A stretch of DNA of 64,000 bases from Podarcis tiliguerta. Its lineage: Eukaryota. Where the stretch lies: the NCBI GenBank assembly GCA_965153285.1, contig OZ229114.1. One strand, given 5' to 3'. Position numbers and translations under genes: made by a program. A model generated the notes under the pieces. That model was not told the DNA's origin. It searched no databases and saw only the letters and a program-made list of their open reading frames with translations. This document shows, piece after piece, positions 1 to 14,439 of the stretch. The stretch's first letter is position 1. Each line of letters starts with the position of its first letter.

Positions 1-136
1 AAAGATAGCCCATTTATAAATTAAAAAATGCACATTTGTGGCCAGGTTCCTGGTGAAGTTAGCCAGCCACAGTTCCTGAGAGGTCCGTCTCTCCGGGTCC
101 TGCATTAACACTGCAAATCTTGCCGTCTGGTTTTGA

Positions 137-565
<429 letters not shown>

Positions 566-2106
566 TAAGCAATTCTCTCCTGGTCTCTCTCTGCCTGCCT
601 GCCTGTTTCTTTACATCTGCTTCCTATCAGCATCTATGAACCGGGCTCTTATTAGAGCTTACAGCCTTTGTCTTTTGCAACAGTTTATCGTCCCCTCCCC
701 CAGACTCCATCCCCAGCCCTCCAGCTTGTCCCATTCTAGTTCAGTAGAGTTTCCTTCCTTCCTTCTTTCCTTCTGTTCTCTTTCTCTCTTTCTCTTCTTT
801 TGAATAAGGTTTTTCTGAATCAAACTTTCTCCTGGAAATGCAACGGAAATGCTGCAGCACTTTCTGACTCAGGTTCAGAAGCACTTGCTTGTCTTTATTG
901 CTGGTTGGGAAGGCTAAGCAACTAAGGGGACACCGCAGCTATTTGCATTTCGCCACAGGGAGCAAGAAGGGTGGCAGATCAGGATGACACAAAGCGTGAG
1001 GCAGAGGAGAAGCACCAATGCCTGTGCTGCAGGGGGATGGGGGGGGGGCTTGCAGAAGAAGCAACAAGTCCAGCAAAAAAAAAAAAGTGTGTGCAGACAG
1101 AAGGCTTGAGTTCATTTCAGCAATAGCTTATCAGGTGGCAAGTTTATATGGGGGGGTCAAAATTTTAGCAACACAGTGGATTTGTAGAATTCAGTATAAA
1201 TCAGACTGTGGCTAAAATGATCCCCTCCTCCTGCTGTGACATATGACTGGTATTGATCCACAGTTCCCATAGGAGTTGATTTCTTTATGTATTATAAGAC
1301 ACTGTGCCCCGTTGCAACAAAGGCAAGTGAGAGCCAACGGGGAAATGTAGAGTCAGCAAAATCAAGAAACGTACGGATTGCCTCCCCAGCCTTCTGTGCA
1401 ACTCCAGACTTTTTCAACCAAGACACTTCCCTTGCTTTGGAAACCGTGAAGTGATTAAACTGAAGCGTCGCCTTAGTGTACAATTTTGCTTGGAGCACTG
1501 TGGAGGATCCAGTGCAATTGCACCGAGCATCCTCTGTTCATTTCACAACTCAGAAAATGCAAGGAAGGCGGTCTTTTCAGAGAAGCAATTATTTGGCAAT
1601 GCTGCGTAGTCTAGAGAAATGGTTACATGCATTACGACATGTATGGAATGCAACTTCCAGCAGCAGATCCTTTCAGGCAGTTTAATGAACGATGGCATGG
1701 TTAAAAGAGAAAAAGGCAGTAAGATTTACTAACAAATCTTGGCTCAGCCAAACCACACACCTAAAGCTAGCTTGTGCCAAACTGCTAACAGTGTAGCAGC
1801 CTACCTTTGTGAAGGCTGGTTCTTCTTTCTTACCATGGTGAAAAGTATGGCATCTTTGCTCTCCTCTGACTTCACTGGATTTCATCTAGCAGGTCATAAG
1901 CCACAACAAGCACCAATCTGACCTAAGGGGGAATCACACAATCACCAGTTGCTTTGTTTAAGGAAATAAGCAAAAGACGGAGAGGGGCCCATTTCACACA
2001 AGCTTCCTCATCTCTTGATTTCTCAACAACTAACTATGTGAACTGGCTCATTTAAACATCTCCCTGATTTCTTGAGGCAAGCCAATATGAGAATACTACC
2101 TTTGGG

Positions 2107-2520
2107 TAGGGTTGCAAGAGAAATCTGGTTCACATTTACAACCAAATCTATCAAATTTCTACTTTCTGAAAGAAGGTGAGAACTGAAACATAGCCATCCT
2201 TAAAAATTTACAATCATCTGTATTTTGTGATGCAGCTCTACAATGTTTCACAAAGTGTGCCTATTAGTGGGAAATGTGCTTTAAAAGGAACATATTAATG
2301 AACACAGTATACAAACATGCATTGTTATTATTGGAATTCGCTTGTAAAAATGTTCATGTTAGTTAAAACAGCCCACAAAATGTTTTTATTAGTAGAAATT
2401 CGCAATATAGTACTGAAGAACTTTGTAAGGAGTTCATGCAGAAATATGGAGAACTGAATTTCAGACTGGGAAAAAATGAGAAATGGATAGAACTACAATG
2501 GACAGATTCTTCCATCCCTA
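2107..2520. mobile_element. Non-autonomous DNA transposon with TAGGG(A/T)TG...CATCCCTA termini (hAT-like)
   Basis: Short terminal inverted repeats. Internal sequence is related to 15480-16016, 19152-19440 and 50838-50960. Confidence 0.55.
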
Positions 2521-3486
2521 CTTGGAGGTTTTCTTTTTTGACTATGTGATTCCTAGTCCAGTTTGCTTTTTTCCTAAGCAAAGTTTTTTGTTTTCTCATT
2601 CACGCCAAAGGGGGAAACCTAGAGCTTGTGAGCCCATTAAACTGTCCTTTTCCAAGCCACAGTGAAATGTGTACAGAAGTACTTGCCAGTGATGCATATG
2701 TCATGTCATCAGCTGATGCTTTGGCTCTCTGACTTCATTCCCCAAAAATGAAAAGAGTTTCCTATTACTTGGGTGTATCTTTGGAAACTAGCCCTGTGTT
2801 GGTTTATCAAATCCGCATGACATACAATTGTTTGTCTGATAGAAGATGCAGATCTCTCTGTCCACTTCTGTGCACCCACGATATGGTCCTGTGATGAATT
2901 TAAGCAGAGGTGAGGAGCTGGACTGCTACTTGTGATGAGGCAGTCCCAGCCGTGAAGGCTTCACCTTGGAACTTCATAGGTCTTCTGCAGACCCTTCTCA
3001 GGATCCAAGGAGGAAACTCCTATGGGGAAGGGGAAGTTTCTGCAGCGTCTTTATTATGCCAAGTTACCATTCCTATGAGCTGGGTATGCAATCGAAGGCA
3101 CAAATCTCTTTGCTCACAAAAGAAAAAGGGAGACTTTCCAGTGCTATAATTTATGCTCATTAGTGTACAGATTTTCTGCAGTTTAATCTTGAAAATATTC
3201 AGGGGTGGCTTTGAGAATCTTCATCTACCACACAACTCAGAAAAAATCTGGAATGGCACTGCAGGACGATATCAAGGAGCTGCCTGAGCTCCTGGCAAAG
3301 GTGGGCAGGATTTGGAAGAGAACATGACCCCCAAACAGAGAAAGAGAGCAGAGTCAGTCTTGGGGAGAAGGGTATGTGCTTCATTACCTATGAACCCCAA
3401 AATCTGGGATCCCCTTGAAACTGGTGCCAAAGTTTTGTAATTGTTTTGTAGCAAAAACCCCGCTATTTGTAGCACCCCACATACGT

Positions 3487-3588
3487 TTTACCTTTACCAT
3501 ACCATAGACATGCAGGCCAACTGGAGCCCACGAAACTGTCCTTCTTCAAGCCAGTTGACCTGTATGTCTATGGTATGGTAAAGGTAAA
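3487..3588. repeat. Inverted repeat / hairpin, 38-bp arms with a 26-nt loop
   Basis: 3487-3524 matches the reverse complement of 3551-3588 at 36/38 positions. Confidence 0.9.
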
Positions 3589-4600
3589 GGTAAAGCCAAT
3601 TGGCCTAAGCCAACAAGAGGCTTACGACCATCACCTCTTTCCTAGTGAGCCCCACCTGGGATGTTGGTTCTTGCCTGCCTTAGCTTCCTAGAGCATACCT
3701 CCCACTGCTCCCTCTGCCTCAGAGCCCAACTTATTCTGGCCTGAAACCAGTGGCTGTCAGTCCTGGTATACCACAGCTACAACGTCCTGAAAAAGAAAGC
3801 TTTGAGGAAGACCCTGCTGTCTCTAAGAAACTGGAGAACAAAAGACAACAGATGGGTGTAACCCTCAATCCAACAGTCTTTCTTTGAATGCCTTTTAAAG
3901 AATCTGCCATATAAATGAATGGGTACCATTCACTCATATGGGGGGGAAATAACATGCTGCACTTCAGGTACTATTTTGCTAGCAACAAAACCAGCCTGTT
4001 ACAACCGAAAAGGATGCAGTATCCCTCTTTACTCTGGGTCTTCCCTCTGACATATGGGCCCCCTCTTCACCTCCACATGCAGCATCATGACTGACCTTTT
4101 GCTAATTGCAAATAAAGATATATGCCTTTCTTATTACTTAACGAAAAAGCTGGAGAGATGGTGATGAATTAGTTCTTAATGACAGACACTGGGAGGAAAG
4201 AATATAGTGCGGCTGGCCAAGAATGTTTTCTCAAGATGTCTTCTTTTGAAGAGATAGCTTGAGCCAAAGTCAGTTGGCTGAAGACAACTTCATTAGATCA
4301 GCATCAGTCCCTGGCCAGCTGGAAGAATTTTTCATACACTGACCTAGTGGGGAAGCCGTCATCCAGTGCAGAGTGAGTTCCCCGCCACAATCGCTTCTCA
4401 GCTTGGACACCTGCTTTATATTGCTGCAATCAGATGGAAACAAGTTGCATGGCTTCCTTATTGAAAGGCTGGAGAGAAAATCCATTCGTAGGAACAATGA
4501 TATAGTAAGTGATCAAAAAGAAAGAAAGAACAGGAATGTTACAGCAATTTGGAAGTTTAAAAAAAGAGCAACAGCCTTGATCATGATAGCAAACACAGTA

Positions 4601-4769
4601 CAGTGGTACCTAGATTTACAACCATAATCCATTCCGGAGGTCTGTTTGTAATAAAAAAGGGTTGTAATCCAAAAAAAGGTTGCAAACCGGGACACGCACT
4701 TCTGGGTTTGACGTGTTTGTAATCCAAAACGTATGCAAACCAAGATGTATGCAAACCAAGGTACCACTG
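4601..4769. mobile_element. Tc1/mariner (Tigger-like) MITE
   Basis: TIRs CAGTGGTACC...GGTACCACTG flanked by TA on both sides. Confidence 0.8.
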
Positions 4770-5006
4770 TATTTTATTATTTAAGCTACCTATATACTGC
4801 TGAATTACTGTAGTTTCTATGCAGTGGTAGAGAAGTAGCATAAAGAACTTACAGTGTTGGCAATTCCGTTTGACTGGGACTTTTCCTTTGTGTATGCTAA
4901 ATTGAAGATATTTTGCACGTGCTGATTCAAGACTATTTATTATGCTTCCAAAATTTGGCTGAAAAGGTTTAGCGAGGGCTGGGGTGGTGACAGAGGGCAT
5001 TGACAA

Positions 5007-5040
5007 TGGAGGTAATATGGAGGTAATATGGAGGTAATAT
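5007..5040 (+). repeat. Short tandem repeat (GGAGGTAATAT)x3
   Basis: Directly visible. Confidence 0.85.
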
Positions 5041-5602
5041 ACCACAGAGAGCGGGTCTGGCTGACTTGTGGGAGCAAGGGCTAGTTCATTCATTCATAAA
5101 CTGTTTTCTAAAAGACTGCGTACATCCAAACATTCAAATTGCATGGCTTCCCCAGAGAATCTTGGGAACTGTAATTTACCCATCACAATTTCCAGCACCC
5201 TTAACAAACTACAGTTCCCATATGTCCGGGGGACAGGACGGGGGGGGGGGGAGAGTCGTGTGCTTTAAATGTACAGTCAGTACATAGCCTAAGACCAGGG
5301 CAGCTCATATAGTAAATGTAAATCGAACTTGGAAAAGCATTGGGTAAACCATCAGTGCTAAAGATTACATCAGAGCAGTTAAACCCAAAATAAAACCACA
5401 TCCCAAGAAAAGATTGAACCAGAAGTGCATACCAGAATTATTGTCACAGGTTTCCTGTCATATTTCTGTGTGTCAGATGATCAGTGTGGGTTGCTCTGTG
5501 GCAATACCAGTGATCCCTTTCCAATGAAAAAGAAACTCAAGTTGGTTCTGTATTCCTGGAACTCCTCACTGCTCAGAAAAGTGGGGGTAAGCAGAGCAAT
5601 AA

Positions 5603-5632
5603 TGTGTTGTTGTTGTTGTTGTTGTTGTTGTT
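5603..5632 (+). repeat. (TGT)n microsatellite
   Basis: Directly visible. It explains the poly-C and poly-Q ORFs in the track. Confidence 0.9.
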
Positions 5633-5869
5633 TTATGAGCCTCAGAATTTCTGCTGTTGTTGTTGTCTGAAGATGCAGCCCCAGCCACCACTTCAAAAAG
5701 TAGGGGAGTATTCGGCATGCAAAACCCTCCTGAAAATCAGAGTTTCAACAAATATTTAGGGGGGGGGGGTAATATCATTGAGTATTGTTCAAAACAGAAT
5801 CCCCGTGTTTCTTTTTATTCCATATGGTGTCACATAATATTTATCCAACCCATCTCTTCATTGTTTTGA

Positions 5870-6070
<201 letters not shown>

Positions 6071-7710
6071 TGAGCCAAGCTGCTTCAGGCAGCTAAATTT
6101 CGGGACCATTAAAGGGTGTGATTTGGATTTTCTACCTGAGGTATTGAAACGTCAGCCCCCAACACAGAACACTTGTATTTATATATTTAAATACCCAACA
6201 AATAGCTGCGCTCGACAAGAGAGGGCGTCATGCAGATACCATCTTACCAGGAAGTCCATTCTGTATGATTTTGGGATCAGGCCTTTACTGTGGTGGCCCC
6301 TGTTGTTTCCAATTGCCTCCCATCACATATCAGACTCAGACCACCTCTGTTGTCATTTCTGGCATCTCTTGAAGACTTTCCTCATTCAACAAGCCTTGTA
6401 GGAAGCAATTAATAAGTGAAGCGAATAATTTATTGATACACCATTAAGAAACCCCATAATAAATCATGGAAATAATTAAGCTTGGATTCAGTAATACAGC
6501 CAAATAAGACTCAACAATCCTATATGCCATTGATGGGGATCCCATAATCCAGAAGTCAGAGTCTGCATCTGCCGGGCAACAGGCTGCCCACTTACCTGGA
6601 AGTAAGTCCCATTGATCTGCATAGGGATTACTTTGACTGAGCAGACATCCACAGAATTGCACTGTAAGTGATGCAAAGTAAGAGAAATTGTGCAAACTGG
6701 CTCATGTTGCATTTCTTACACAGGCAACAAAAGCCAGCTTTTATTAGTTTCGTTACAGAATCTGGATTACAGAATTTTTCATTTTCCATCTGTTATACGC
6801 AATCAAAGTTATAAGATGGAGCTATACGTGTAGCAAAGGGGAAATTGGAAATATTTGCTAGTGTTATAGGCAGTGCATGAGAAGAAATAACTTCAGTCCC
6901 TGGTTGCAGGAGTTAACCTCCTGCTGCATGTGGAATTAATTAAGAGGGTTACCAACCCAAAAAGACATCTGTGCATAAGTGTTATGATGTCACTGAAATC
7001 ACAGTCCATCTCTTGGTAGTATGTTAGACATCGCTGAGAGATTTTCATGCACTATCACGACTTAGAATCCCATTAAACATTGCAATTTGTGCTCCATTTA
7101 CATTTCTCCTTTTCTTGCTTTATTACACATGACCAACTACGATTATATTAATGTCATTTTCCTTGCTCATTGCCACGGCTCATTTACACTTGACATTCAG
7201 TACTTCAGTAAATCGCAGTATACACAGTTGCGTGGCATTATATCAGTGATCAGACCAGTACATCAAGGTCACACAAACAGGAAAATTCAAGCACAACCCA
7301 ACAACTGTGGATTCAGAAATAAGCTCCACCGTGTTGAATGAGGCTTATCCCTAGGCATGTGTGCACAGAATTGCAGTCTAAGACAACAAACTTATGCACA
7401 CTTACTGGGGAGCAAGCTCTACAGAACTCAGTGGGACTTATGTCCAGGTTGTGTACACACAATGCCTTTAAAACACATTTCAAGCCCATGGCTCCTTCCA
7501 AAGAATCCTTACAACAGTAGTTTACTCTTTGCAAAGCTACAATTCCCAGCAGTCTCAAGAAACTGCAGATCCCAGTTTTCTTTGGAGGAAGTCGCATGCT
7601 TTAAATGTATGGTGTTTACATAGCCATTCTTCTGTATAAATATCCATCGGGTTATGCTGTAAGTCATGCATGACTGAATGATATATTATAAAGCACTATT
7701 TTAGCATATA

Positions 7711-7953
7711 CAGTGGTACCTCGGGTTACATATGCTTCAGGTTACATACGCTTCAGGTTACAGACTCCGCTAACCCAGAAAAACGTGCTTCAGGTTAAGA
7801 ACTTTGCTTCAGGATGAGAACAGAAATCGTGCTCCGGTGGCACGGCAGCAGCAGGGGGCCCCATTAGCTAAAGTGGTGCTTCAGGTGAAGAACAGTTTCA
7901 GGTTAAGTACGGACCTCCAGAACAAATTAAGTACTTAACCCGATGTACCACTT
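7711..7953. mobile_element. Tigger-like MITE
   Basis: TA|CAGTGGTACCTCGGGTTAC ... GTACCACT(T)|TA. Same family as 18239-18480 and 58822-59036. Confidence 0.85.
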
Positions 7954-10900
7954 TATTATATATTACAGTTTGTCCAGAGACCCGAAGAACACAAGTAGAG
8001 AGTTGTTCAACTCTGTCCACAGGAGATCTACAGCAGAGGCAGATTTAGGGAAGTGTGGCCTAGGGGGTGCTGCAGGGCGTTGCAACTATGACGTAATAAA
8101 TTGAACAGAAAGGAAGAGGTGGGAGAGGGAGCCACCGACTTTGGGCCTCGCACGGGGAGCTGCTGAAATTTGAAATACCGAAGTCGGCCCCTGTCTACAG
8201 TCATATCACAGGCATGGTTCCTTTGAAACCTGTCCCCATGCATTCAACGGCATTTAGTTCCAAATAAGCTTGCTTAGAATCGCAGACCTAGCTATATAAT
8301 ATATTTCTTTATGGAATGTTTTCAAGTTCAGCTAGTCTTCTCTTTTGGAAATTGTTCAGGAACCTAACATGATTAAGAAACTTGAGGAATTAAGAAATAT
8401 GTTAATTCAGCAAACCTGAAGTGCATGCATCAACTGACTTCTACGAATATGTGATGTAATGAATAGGTTGAACAGAAGAAAACAGCCAGCTATCAAAGGC
8501 ATCTGAGCAAGCATCTTGTGGTCCAAGGGTGGGGGCAGGCCAGATGTGCCTGCAGCTAGATTTCATCCAGCCCTTTGGGTGACCTCCATCGATCAGCTGT
8601 TCAGTGGGGAGTGCCAAGGTCCAGCGATCTACTCTTTAGATGCATGGTTAATTTACCCAAGCCTGTTCTGAATGAAATTCTGAATTATTGTCCAGTATCT
8701 CTTATACTTAATTTTAATTTCCTGTACACCCCTCTGATATGTTATAAAGACACAGGATGCTGCAGATTTTTAAAAAAGTTTTTTACAAACTTGTTTTTTT
8801 CTGGAGAAAATGGAAGGTGAAACTTGAGTGGAGGTACTAAGAATTAAACTTATGCCTCTGTTTCCATGGGAAACAGCTTTGTTTTTGTGATTTTATATGG
8901 GTATGTGATTGTGTATGAGTCTGTGTACATCTTAAGGATGTAGGATTGTGAATAGGTCTGCTGACCCCTGAAAGCTGTCCCACCATGACAATGCAGTTGT
9001 TGACCTGAAAAGAGTTACCCACCACTGTTCTAGACATTAGTGCCCAGCCTTCACAAATGTGTGACCTCCAAGATCCCACTGATCAAAATCAGGATGCTTG
9101 TTTTTTGATCCTGAGGTCTCACAGGAGCTAACTGACTCGTGTGAGAACACAAGCCCAAAAGATGAGCATCTTCTGGTCAGTTGTCACGAGCCAGCTGTCT
9201 TATGCCAGAACACTGGACTACAAAATGGGACATTCCAGGATCCAATCAGAAGCTGGGATGGCTTCTTTAATTCCAGGATGTGCTGCTCAATTTAGGACAA
9301 TTGAGGGGTATGCAACTGGGCTGCTTTTAGTACCTATGGGCCACCAGTTATCAAAGTCAATAGAGCAAGCATCTTCTAAGACATCATGCACCTATTGAGT
9401 AACATCTTTGGAAATCAAGGCAAAAATACAGTATTGTAATAGCATGCAATATTGCATGGTTGTTATTCTTGGACACTTTTCATGCTACTTTCCCCTACAA
9501 AGCCTTCTGGAAATGTATGCAGTAGAGGGGCCAAAATTGGCCAGAAAATGCTACACCTGTTGGAAAGGAAAAACAGAATTCTGTACAACACATATTAGCG
9601 GAAGCTTATATATATATATATATATATAAATATATATATATCCAGATTCTGAAAGTCTCCAGTGATGCCAGATGTTAGAAACAGGCTAAAATGGTCTTCA
9701 TTTGTTTTTGATAAGGGATTGGTTTTTCATGCATTACTGCAGGTGAGGGGGGAGTTTGGTTTATTGTAAAAATTGTGGTTTGGGATATTTCCATTGTGCA
9801 TGCAAAGTCCATTTATTGTACGTTTAAAAATTCATCTGTCATATTATTAATAATAAAAAAGAAAAGGCCACGTTTTTATAACCTCATGAATGAATCAAGT
9901 CGACTGCATAACTGGGAGAGAGAACAAGAGAGATGAATAATAAGCATCTCATTTCAATAAAATAAAGCAGTTACTTTAAGTTCTCTTAAAGTATGGAAGG
10001 CTCTCCCATGTTGGAGTGGGTCTGTGCTGGCGAGGCTGCAGGTTTGAGCTAGCCCCATGCCACACACAACTCTTCTTGTACATAGAGGTTTCTCTTCAGA
10101 TGTTCCCACTCAGCACAGGAACTTCCTGGGGCAGGCTAACTTGGCAGCACAACCTCACTCCTTCTATCTACGAGAATTCTCCTCCCTGAGTAACATCTGA
10201 AGAGGGCCAAACAGTTCAGTATTATCTTGCAGTGCACTTTGTTAAGGGTAGCCAGGCTTGCACACCACACTAACCCAAACCATGGTTTAACATCAACATG
10301 TGAGTGTGCGGACTCCGAAAGATGAATCTGCAACCTCTTTGGTCCTTTTTTTGCTGCCACGTTGCGCTGAGCAAAGCCATGGTTTTGCAGGCTATCCAAA
10401 TGGGACTTGTGGTTAAGCTCTCTCCTCAGCAGCAGTTGGCAGGGCTGAGCAGGATGGTTAGTAAGGCGAGAGCTTAACCATATCTTCAGATGACACAGTG
10501 AGGCAAAAATTGGCTTAGCTCAGTGCGACACAGCAGTCAAAAGGCCAGAGAGGAGCAAAGTGGTTGCAAACGTCTCCCAGAGCCCACATGCTTACACATT
10601 CTCTATAAGCTGAGATTCACTTAGGGTGATGTGCAAACCAGGCCATTATGTACACAGCTGCGATAGATATATATATTCTCACATTGTAAAACATGTTCCA
10701 AGAGGTAACTAGCAATTATAGGACTGCTTTGTTTCTGGTAAAGCAATTGCAGTCTTGACTTCATTCCAAGTGTTTCGTTGCATAGCTATGGGAGAACTGC
10801 ATGGCATTAAATGTGTGTGTATCTGTGCAAGTAAGATGCAGGTTTTTTAAACAGCCAGATTGCATCAATAGGTTTTTAAGAATGCAAATCCTCACCAATG

Positions 10901-11584
10901 GGGAATTTTCTTCCAAGGTGAACACTAGCTTTAAAGGAAGAATTTTCCTCACGACTGTAACAGGAGATGAATTGGTTAATTTCTTTCTTCATGTTCTGAT
11001 ACTGTTAATTGTCAGTTTTTTTCCTTTTTAAAAATGTACTTAAAATGCAAAGACACATTTAATGCCATAACTAGTTTGAGGTCCGCAATGACTACAACTT
11101 TTCTTATTTGTGGCTAAAACAAAAGGCAGTTCCAGGGAACCGGAGACTCGTTATCTCTGGAGTTTACAAGCAAAGCAAATATAAAACATGTATTGCAATT
11201 CCCTCTTGACATGAGAATGTGCACTGAAATTGCAGCTTACCTTTGACCCTGTCGTAGCAGAAAATCTCAGTCTGCTGGCAGCAGTTCTAAATATATAAGG
11301 AAATAAAGGGGAGATTAAATTAAACGTTGCTTTGTTAAAAAACTAACAATGGCACATTTTTGAGGATACAAGGAGAGACAGACCTTCATGCCTCAAAATG
11401 CCTGTTTTGACTTGAAAACGAAGTCTGAGTGCAGAGAGAGAGAGAGAAATCAAATAATCTTCTTCCTGAAGCAAGATCAAAATGTCTATATATGGTCAGG
11501 TGTACTTTCACAAACCTGTTTGAAGCTGACCAGCAGATGCTGGTCTCAAAGTATTTGAGAATCACAGAATTACATTCATTCAGA

Positions 11585-11587
11585 GAT

Positions 11588-11627
<40 letters not shown>

Positions 11628-11700
11628 TAGATGATAGATGATAGATAGATGAGAGAGAGAGAGGCAGGCAGGCAAGCAGAGAGACAGACAGGCAGATAGG
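11585..11700 (+). repeat. (GATA)n/(GA)n/(GGCA)n compound microsatellite
   Basis: Directly visible. Confidence 0.9.
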
Positions 11701-12199
11701 AGAGTACATTTGCTCAACCCAAGGCGGTATAGCAGGTGTCATGCCTGCCCAATCCTAGTCCCTGGCTCCCCTTAAAGCTCTGACTGTTATCAGGAGTACC
11801 AATTTGAATAAAATATTGTGTGGTGGGGAGGTAAGCCATGCCCCACATAATCAATCACAAGACATGGCACATGCACACCATTTAAATAGCAATGTCCATC
11901 AACTTTTGGGGAGGGGCCCCTCAAATATTTTATGGGGGTGGGGCTGAAGGGACCTCAGCCCCTGGAGTTGGCTCCTATGTCTGAGAGGATTCACAGTCTT
12001 TTAATATACAAAATATGGGGCCCCCAGTGCCCTAACTTCACTCATCCATTGCGTTCAGTTTACAATCTAATCTGTGTTTACTAAAGTGGTGTGATGTACG
12101 CCTATGAGTAGCTGAATGAAATTTCAGGTTTCCAGCTGAAAGCCAACGGATACTTTGGTGAAATAAAACAACTCAGTATGCAGCATTCAGAGAGTTCAT

Positions 12200-12365
12200 A
12201 ATGCTGTGCATATATTACATCATTAATCTTTACAACCACCTTGTAAATTTGATCAGTATTTATTATCCCGTTATTGCAAATGAGGAGTAGAGACTGAGGC
12301 TTGCTTAAGGTTATCCTAATGACAGAAGGGAGATCTGAACCGGAAACTTCTTGGTCACAGCTTAA
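12200..12365 (-). mobile_element. Degenerate CORE/MIR-like SINE fragment
   Basis: Contains tattatcccgtt..gcaaatgaggag..gagactgagg...aaggttatc...gatctgaacc, which resembles the CORE-SINE central domain. Confidence 0.5.
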
Positions 12366-13269
12366 CAGCCCAAAGTTCTGCACGTTTAATCAGAAGCAAA
12401 GGCCTCCAATACTCAATGGGCCTTACTTCTAGAAAAGTGTGCATAGGATTGCAGCCTCGGTCTCTCAGTTTTTGACATCTGCCTTACTTCCGAAGCATAC
12501 TGCATGCAAATGTGAAAGGGTGAGAGAGATAAGAGACATACATCTGCTCTTCCTTGGAAGAAATGTGAGAGGAACAAAATATTCTGTTGCTTGCAACTCA
12601 GTCAAAAATTCCAGAATGAGCTTCTTATTGGTCTGAAATGAGAGATTGTTAGGAAGATAGGTTATAATAATAATAATTTATTATTTCTACCCCGCCCATC
12701 TGGCTTGGTTTCTCCAGCCACTCTTTAAAAAACCTCATCCAGTTTTCCACTTTAGATGTTTTTAATGGTCTCCTCCAGTTAAATAATGAACAAGTCAATG
12801 AGAGTCAAATTCAGTTTTCAACCACACATCCTTTTTTTTTGGTGCAGAAGGATTGCTGCCCTGCATTCAAATGATTTTTAAGGTTTACCTCCCTTGCCTT
12901 TCCTCACAATCTTTATGCAGTAAAAAATATTGTTTGTCAGTTGCTGTTCTGAAGATATTCACAGGGGCCCTTCTTACATCATGTGTGTGCCAAATGAACT
13001 CCTTCCTGCCTGTAATCTGAGAAGCCTGGAGGGAGGAGGAGCCTATGCTGTTGCTCCTCCCACCCCAGTGTGGATCATTTCGAAACTGGGACAATGCTGC
13101 CATTTGGACTCTTTCCACATGTTCCACATGTTCTGGGGTTTCTCATGTTACCTGAACAGTGTAGGAGGGTCCACACATTACAGCAGTGTTAAGCAATATA
13201 GGTTATTTTAATTAATGTCTATACAGAATTAGAGACTGATTTATCTCCTGAATTGAATTTTTATTGCAG

Positions 13270-13362
13270 GCTTGCCATAATGAATCGGATATGCGGCCAT
13301 TCACTCCAAAATATGAACCCGCTTATCAAAGCAAGGCCATAGATGGTCCCATAATAGGAACG
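13270..13362 (+). CDS. TMEM26: TMEM26 coding exon 3, divergent loop (ACHNESDMRPFTPKYEPAYQSKAIDGPIIGT)
   Basis: Acceptor ttttattgcag at 13269 and donor ACG|GTAAGC. 93 nt, open frame, phase 0 to 0, as required between exons 2 and 4. Cys at position 2, an N-glycosylation sequon (NES) and a terminal I-x-T parallel the mammalian exon (YC...LIET). Not in the ORF track. Confidence 0.85.
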
Positions 13363-13399
13363 GTAAGCAGGGTCTCATGAAATGACAGCATCTACTTAA

Positions 13400-13560
13400 T
13401 TCTTGAAATGTTGGTGTCTGAACTATCTTGAATTCTACTACTGCGAACTGTGTTGTATTATCAGTTGTGAGGTCTTCTAAGACACCTACTTTTAAAAGAG
13501 TGTCCTTAAGTTGTGCAATGACGCTGTGGCAGATAATGTCACACAAATGCAATATCTCAA
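13400..13560 (-). mobile_element. LTR retrotransposon (Gypsy-like) integrase relic
   Basis: Minus-strand translation GVLEDLTTDNTTQFAVVEFK resembles the integrase core G.P..L.TDNG.QF.S.EF. Confidence 0.5.
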
Positions 13561-13770
13561 GGGTTTAGTATTACAAGAATGAGCCAAACCTCCCCTTGAA
13601 GTCACATGCTCATCCTCTGGTACAACCCTAAAGAGACCATGCTTCCACTTCTTTTTAGATTAATCACAGTTTATTCAACTATGGTTAATCTTAACTCCGG
13701 TTAGTGAAAACAAGCCAGCTTCATAAACAATGGTTTGAAGTACTGTATGCTTGTTTCCACTAATTATTGT

Positions 13771-13887
13771 CCAGATGTTTTGGGACTACAATTCCCATCA
13801 TCCCTGACCACTGGTCCTGTTAGCTAGGGATGATGGGAGTTGTAGTCCCAAAACATCTGGAGGGCTAAGTTTGGCCATGGCTGGTCT
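13771..13887. mobile_element. Palindromic hAT-like MITE, 5'-truncated
   Basis: ccagatgttttgggactacaattcccatcatccct...agggatgatgggagttgtagtcccaaaacatctgg. Same family as 37232-37360 and 60538-60674. Confidence 0.8.
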
Positions 13888-14439
13888 AGGGTTTTCCCCC
13901 TTCAACATTTGTGGCAATAACAATACAGCTTCCTCTCATTATTAATCCATTTCTATGTTTAGCAAATTACTTCCTTGGCATTATCAAGGCACTATCTATA
14001 ATATGTATTATAAAATGGAATAAAGTGTGTATCAAAGTTGGCTAGGCCGGGTCTTATATCTGTCCTTATATCCCTCTTTAGCCAAGATGATTGTAATTAG
14101 AAATGCTGTTGGCTTCTTTGCCCCCCCCTTCCCCCAGCATGAAGAAGTAAATTCTTTACTTTGTGGCGAGGTGAAAGCAAATATCTCTTTCCATTCAAGC
14201 CATATTACGCCGAAAGCATTTGGTCCAGAAAACTGGGTCATTTCAAGGATCTGTGAACCACAAACCTCTGGCACCAAGTCAAGAAGTGCTGCCAGGATGC
14301 ATATCCCTTTATAGCCCTCAAATGTCCACAAATGCAGTGAATGAGCCAAAAGTGGCTAGGAGCAGATTCTGCCCCTGCACACTAAAAAGCATGTTTCCTA
14401 TGCGTATCTTCCTTTGTGTATCTTCCTATCTGGGAGCGG

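Noticed and set aside
4581-5093. 170-aa minus-strand ORF in intron 1
   Set aside because: Runs through a MITE and a tandem repeat; no protein-like features.
5425-5696. Poly-Cys and poly-Gln ORFs (and poly-Tyr ORFs at 14714 and 23199)
   Set aside because: Translation artefacts of (TGT)n and (AAT)n microsatellites.
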